Part shown: positions 63,265 to 64,000 of the stretch, piece by piece
Numbering within the stretch: position 1 is the stretch's first letter
How the letters are laid out: every line of letters starts with the position of its first letter
NCBI GenBank assembly: GCA_002269645.1
Contig: NIVC01001331.1
Coordinates: forward strand, 62,001 to 126,000
From: Macrostomum lignano
Taxonomy: Eukaryota
Length of the DNA: 64,000 nucleotides
Reading direction: 5' to 3'
The notes under the pieces: generated by a model
Told to the model about the DNA's origin: nothing
Databases searched by the model: none
What the model saw: only the letters and a program-made list of their open reading frames with translations
Translations under genes and position numbers: made by a program

Positions 63265-64000
63265 CCTCTGAGATTCGTCTCATCTGAGATTCGTCTCCTC
63301 TGAGATTCGTCTCCTCTGAGATTCGTCTCCTCTGAGATTCGTCTCCTCTGAGATTCGTCTCCTCTGAGATTCGTCTCCTCTGAGATTCGTCTCCTCTGAG
63401 ATTCGTCTCCTCTGAGATTCGTCTCCTTTGAGATTCGTCTCCTCTGAGATTCGTCTCCTCTGAGTCGTCTCATCTGAGATTCGTCTCCTCTGAGATTCGT
63501 CTCCTTTGAGATTCGTCTCCTCTGAGATTCGTCTCCTCTGAGATTCGTCTCCTCTGAGATTCGTCTCCTTTGAGATTCGTCTCCTCTGAGATTCGTCTCC
63601 TCTGAGTCGTCTCATCTGAGATTCGTCTCCTCTGAGATTCGTCTCCTTTGAGATTCGTCTCCTCTGAGATTCGTCTCCTTTGAGATTCGTCTCCTCTGAG
63701 ATTCACCCTCCTGAGATTCGTCTCCTCTGAGATTCGTCTCCTTTGAGATTCGTCTCCTCTGAGATTCACCCTCCTGAGATTCGTCTCCTCTGAGATTCGT
63801 CTCCTTTGAGATTCGTCTCCTCTGAGATTCGTCTCCTCTGAGATTCGTCTCCTCTGAGATTCGTCTCCTCTGAGATTCGTCTCCTTTGAGATTCGTCTTC
63901 TCTGAGATTCGTCTCCTCTGAGATTCACCCTCCTGAGATTCGTCTCTTCTGAGATTCATCGCGTCTGAGATTCGTCTCATCTGAGATTCGTCTCCTCTGA
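63265..64000. repeat. 16-bp tandem array (tgagattcgtctcctc), running off the window end
   Basis: Periodicity seen directly. Confidence 0.97.

Overview
Animal (invertebrate) genomic DNA, not prokaryotic. GC3-rich exons sit among introns and intergenic DNA packed with short tandem arrays; the style resembles a macrostomid flatworm genome, but that is inference only. Five genes or gene parts are supported: (1) an acidic, dibasic-site-rich prohormone-like exon (3082-3851, +) with an intron just after its stop; (2) a YY1-like four-zinc-finger gene (12459-17397, +); (3) calmodulin (20317-29365, +) with two duplicated alternative last exons; (4) a five-exon polypeptide GalNAc-transferase (44039-36061, -); and (5) an intronless FoxA (49602-51209, +). 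Also present are a candidate 59-aa micropeptide gene with a PP1-docking RVxF motif and a TATA/Inr promoter (6594-6415, -) and a possible mucin-like exon (61744-62328). Mobile DNA includes an internally deleted mariner, hAT-type MITEs, a Helentron/HINE-like element, tRNA-derived SINEs, an RTE-like LINE fragment and a foldback element, alongside about 20 different satellite arrays. The most interesting observations are the calmodulin alternative last exons, the PP1-motif micropeptide, and sharply bounded CpG-free domains in the 5' introns of three genes. All alignments and counts were done by eye.
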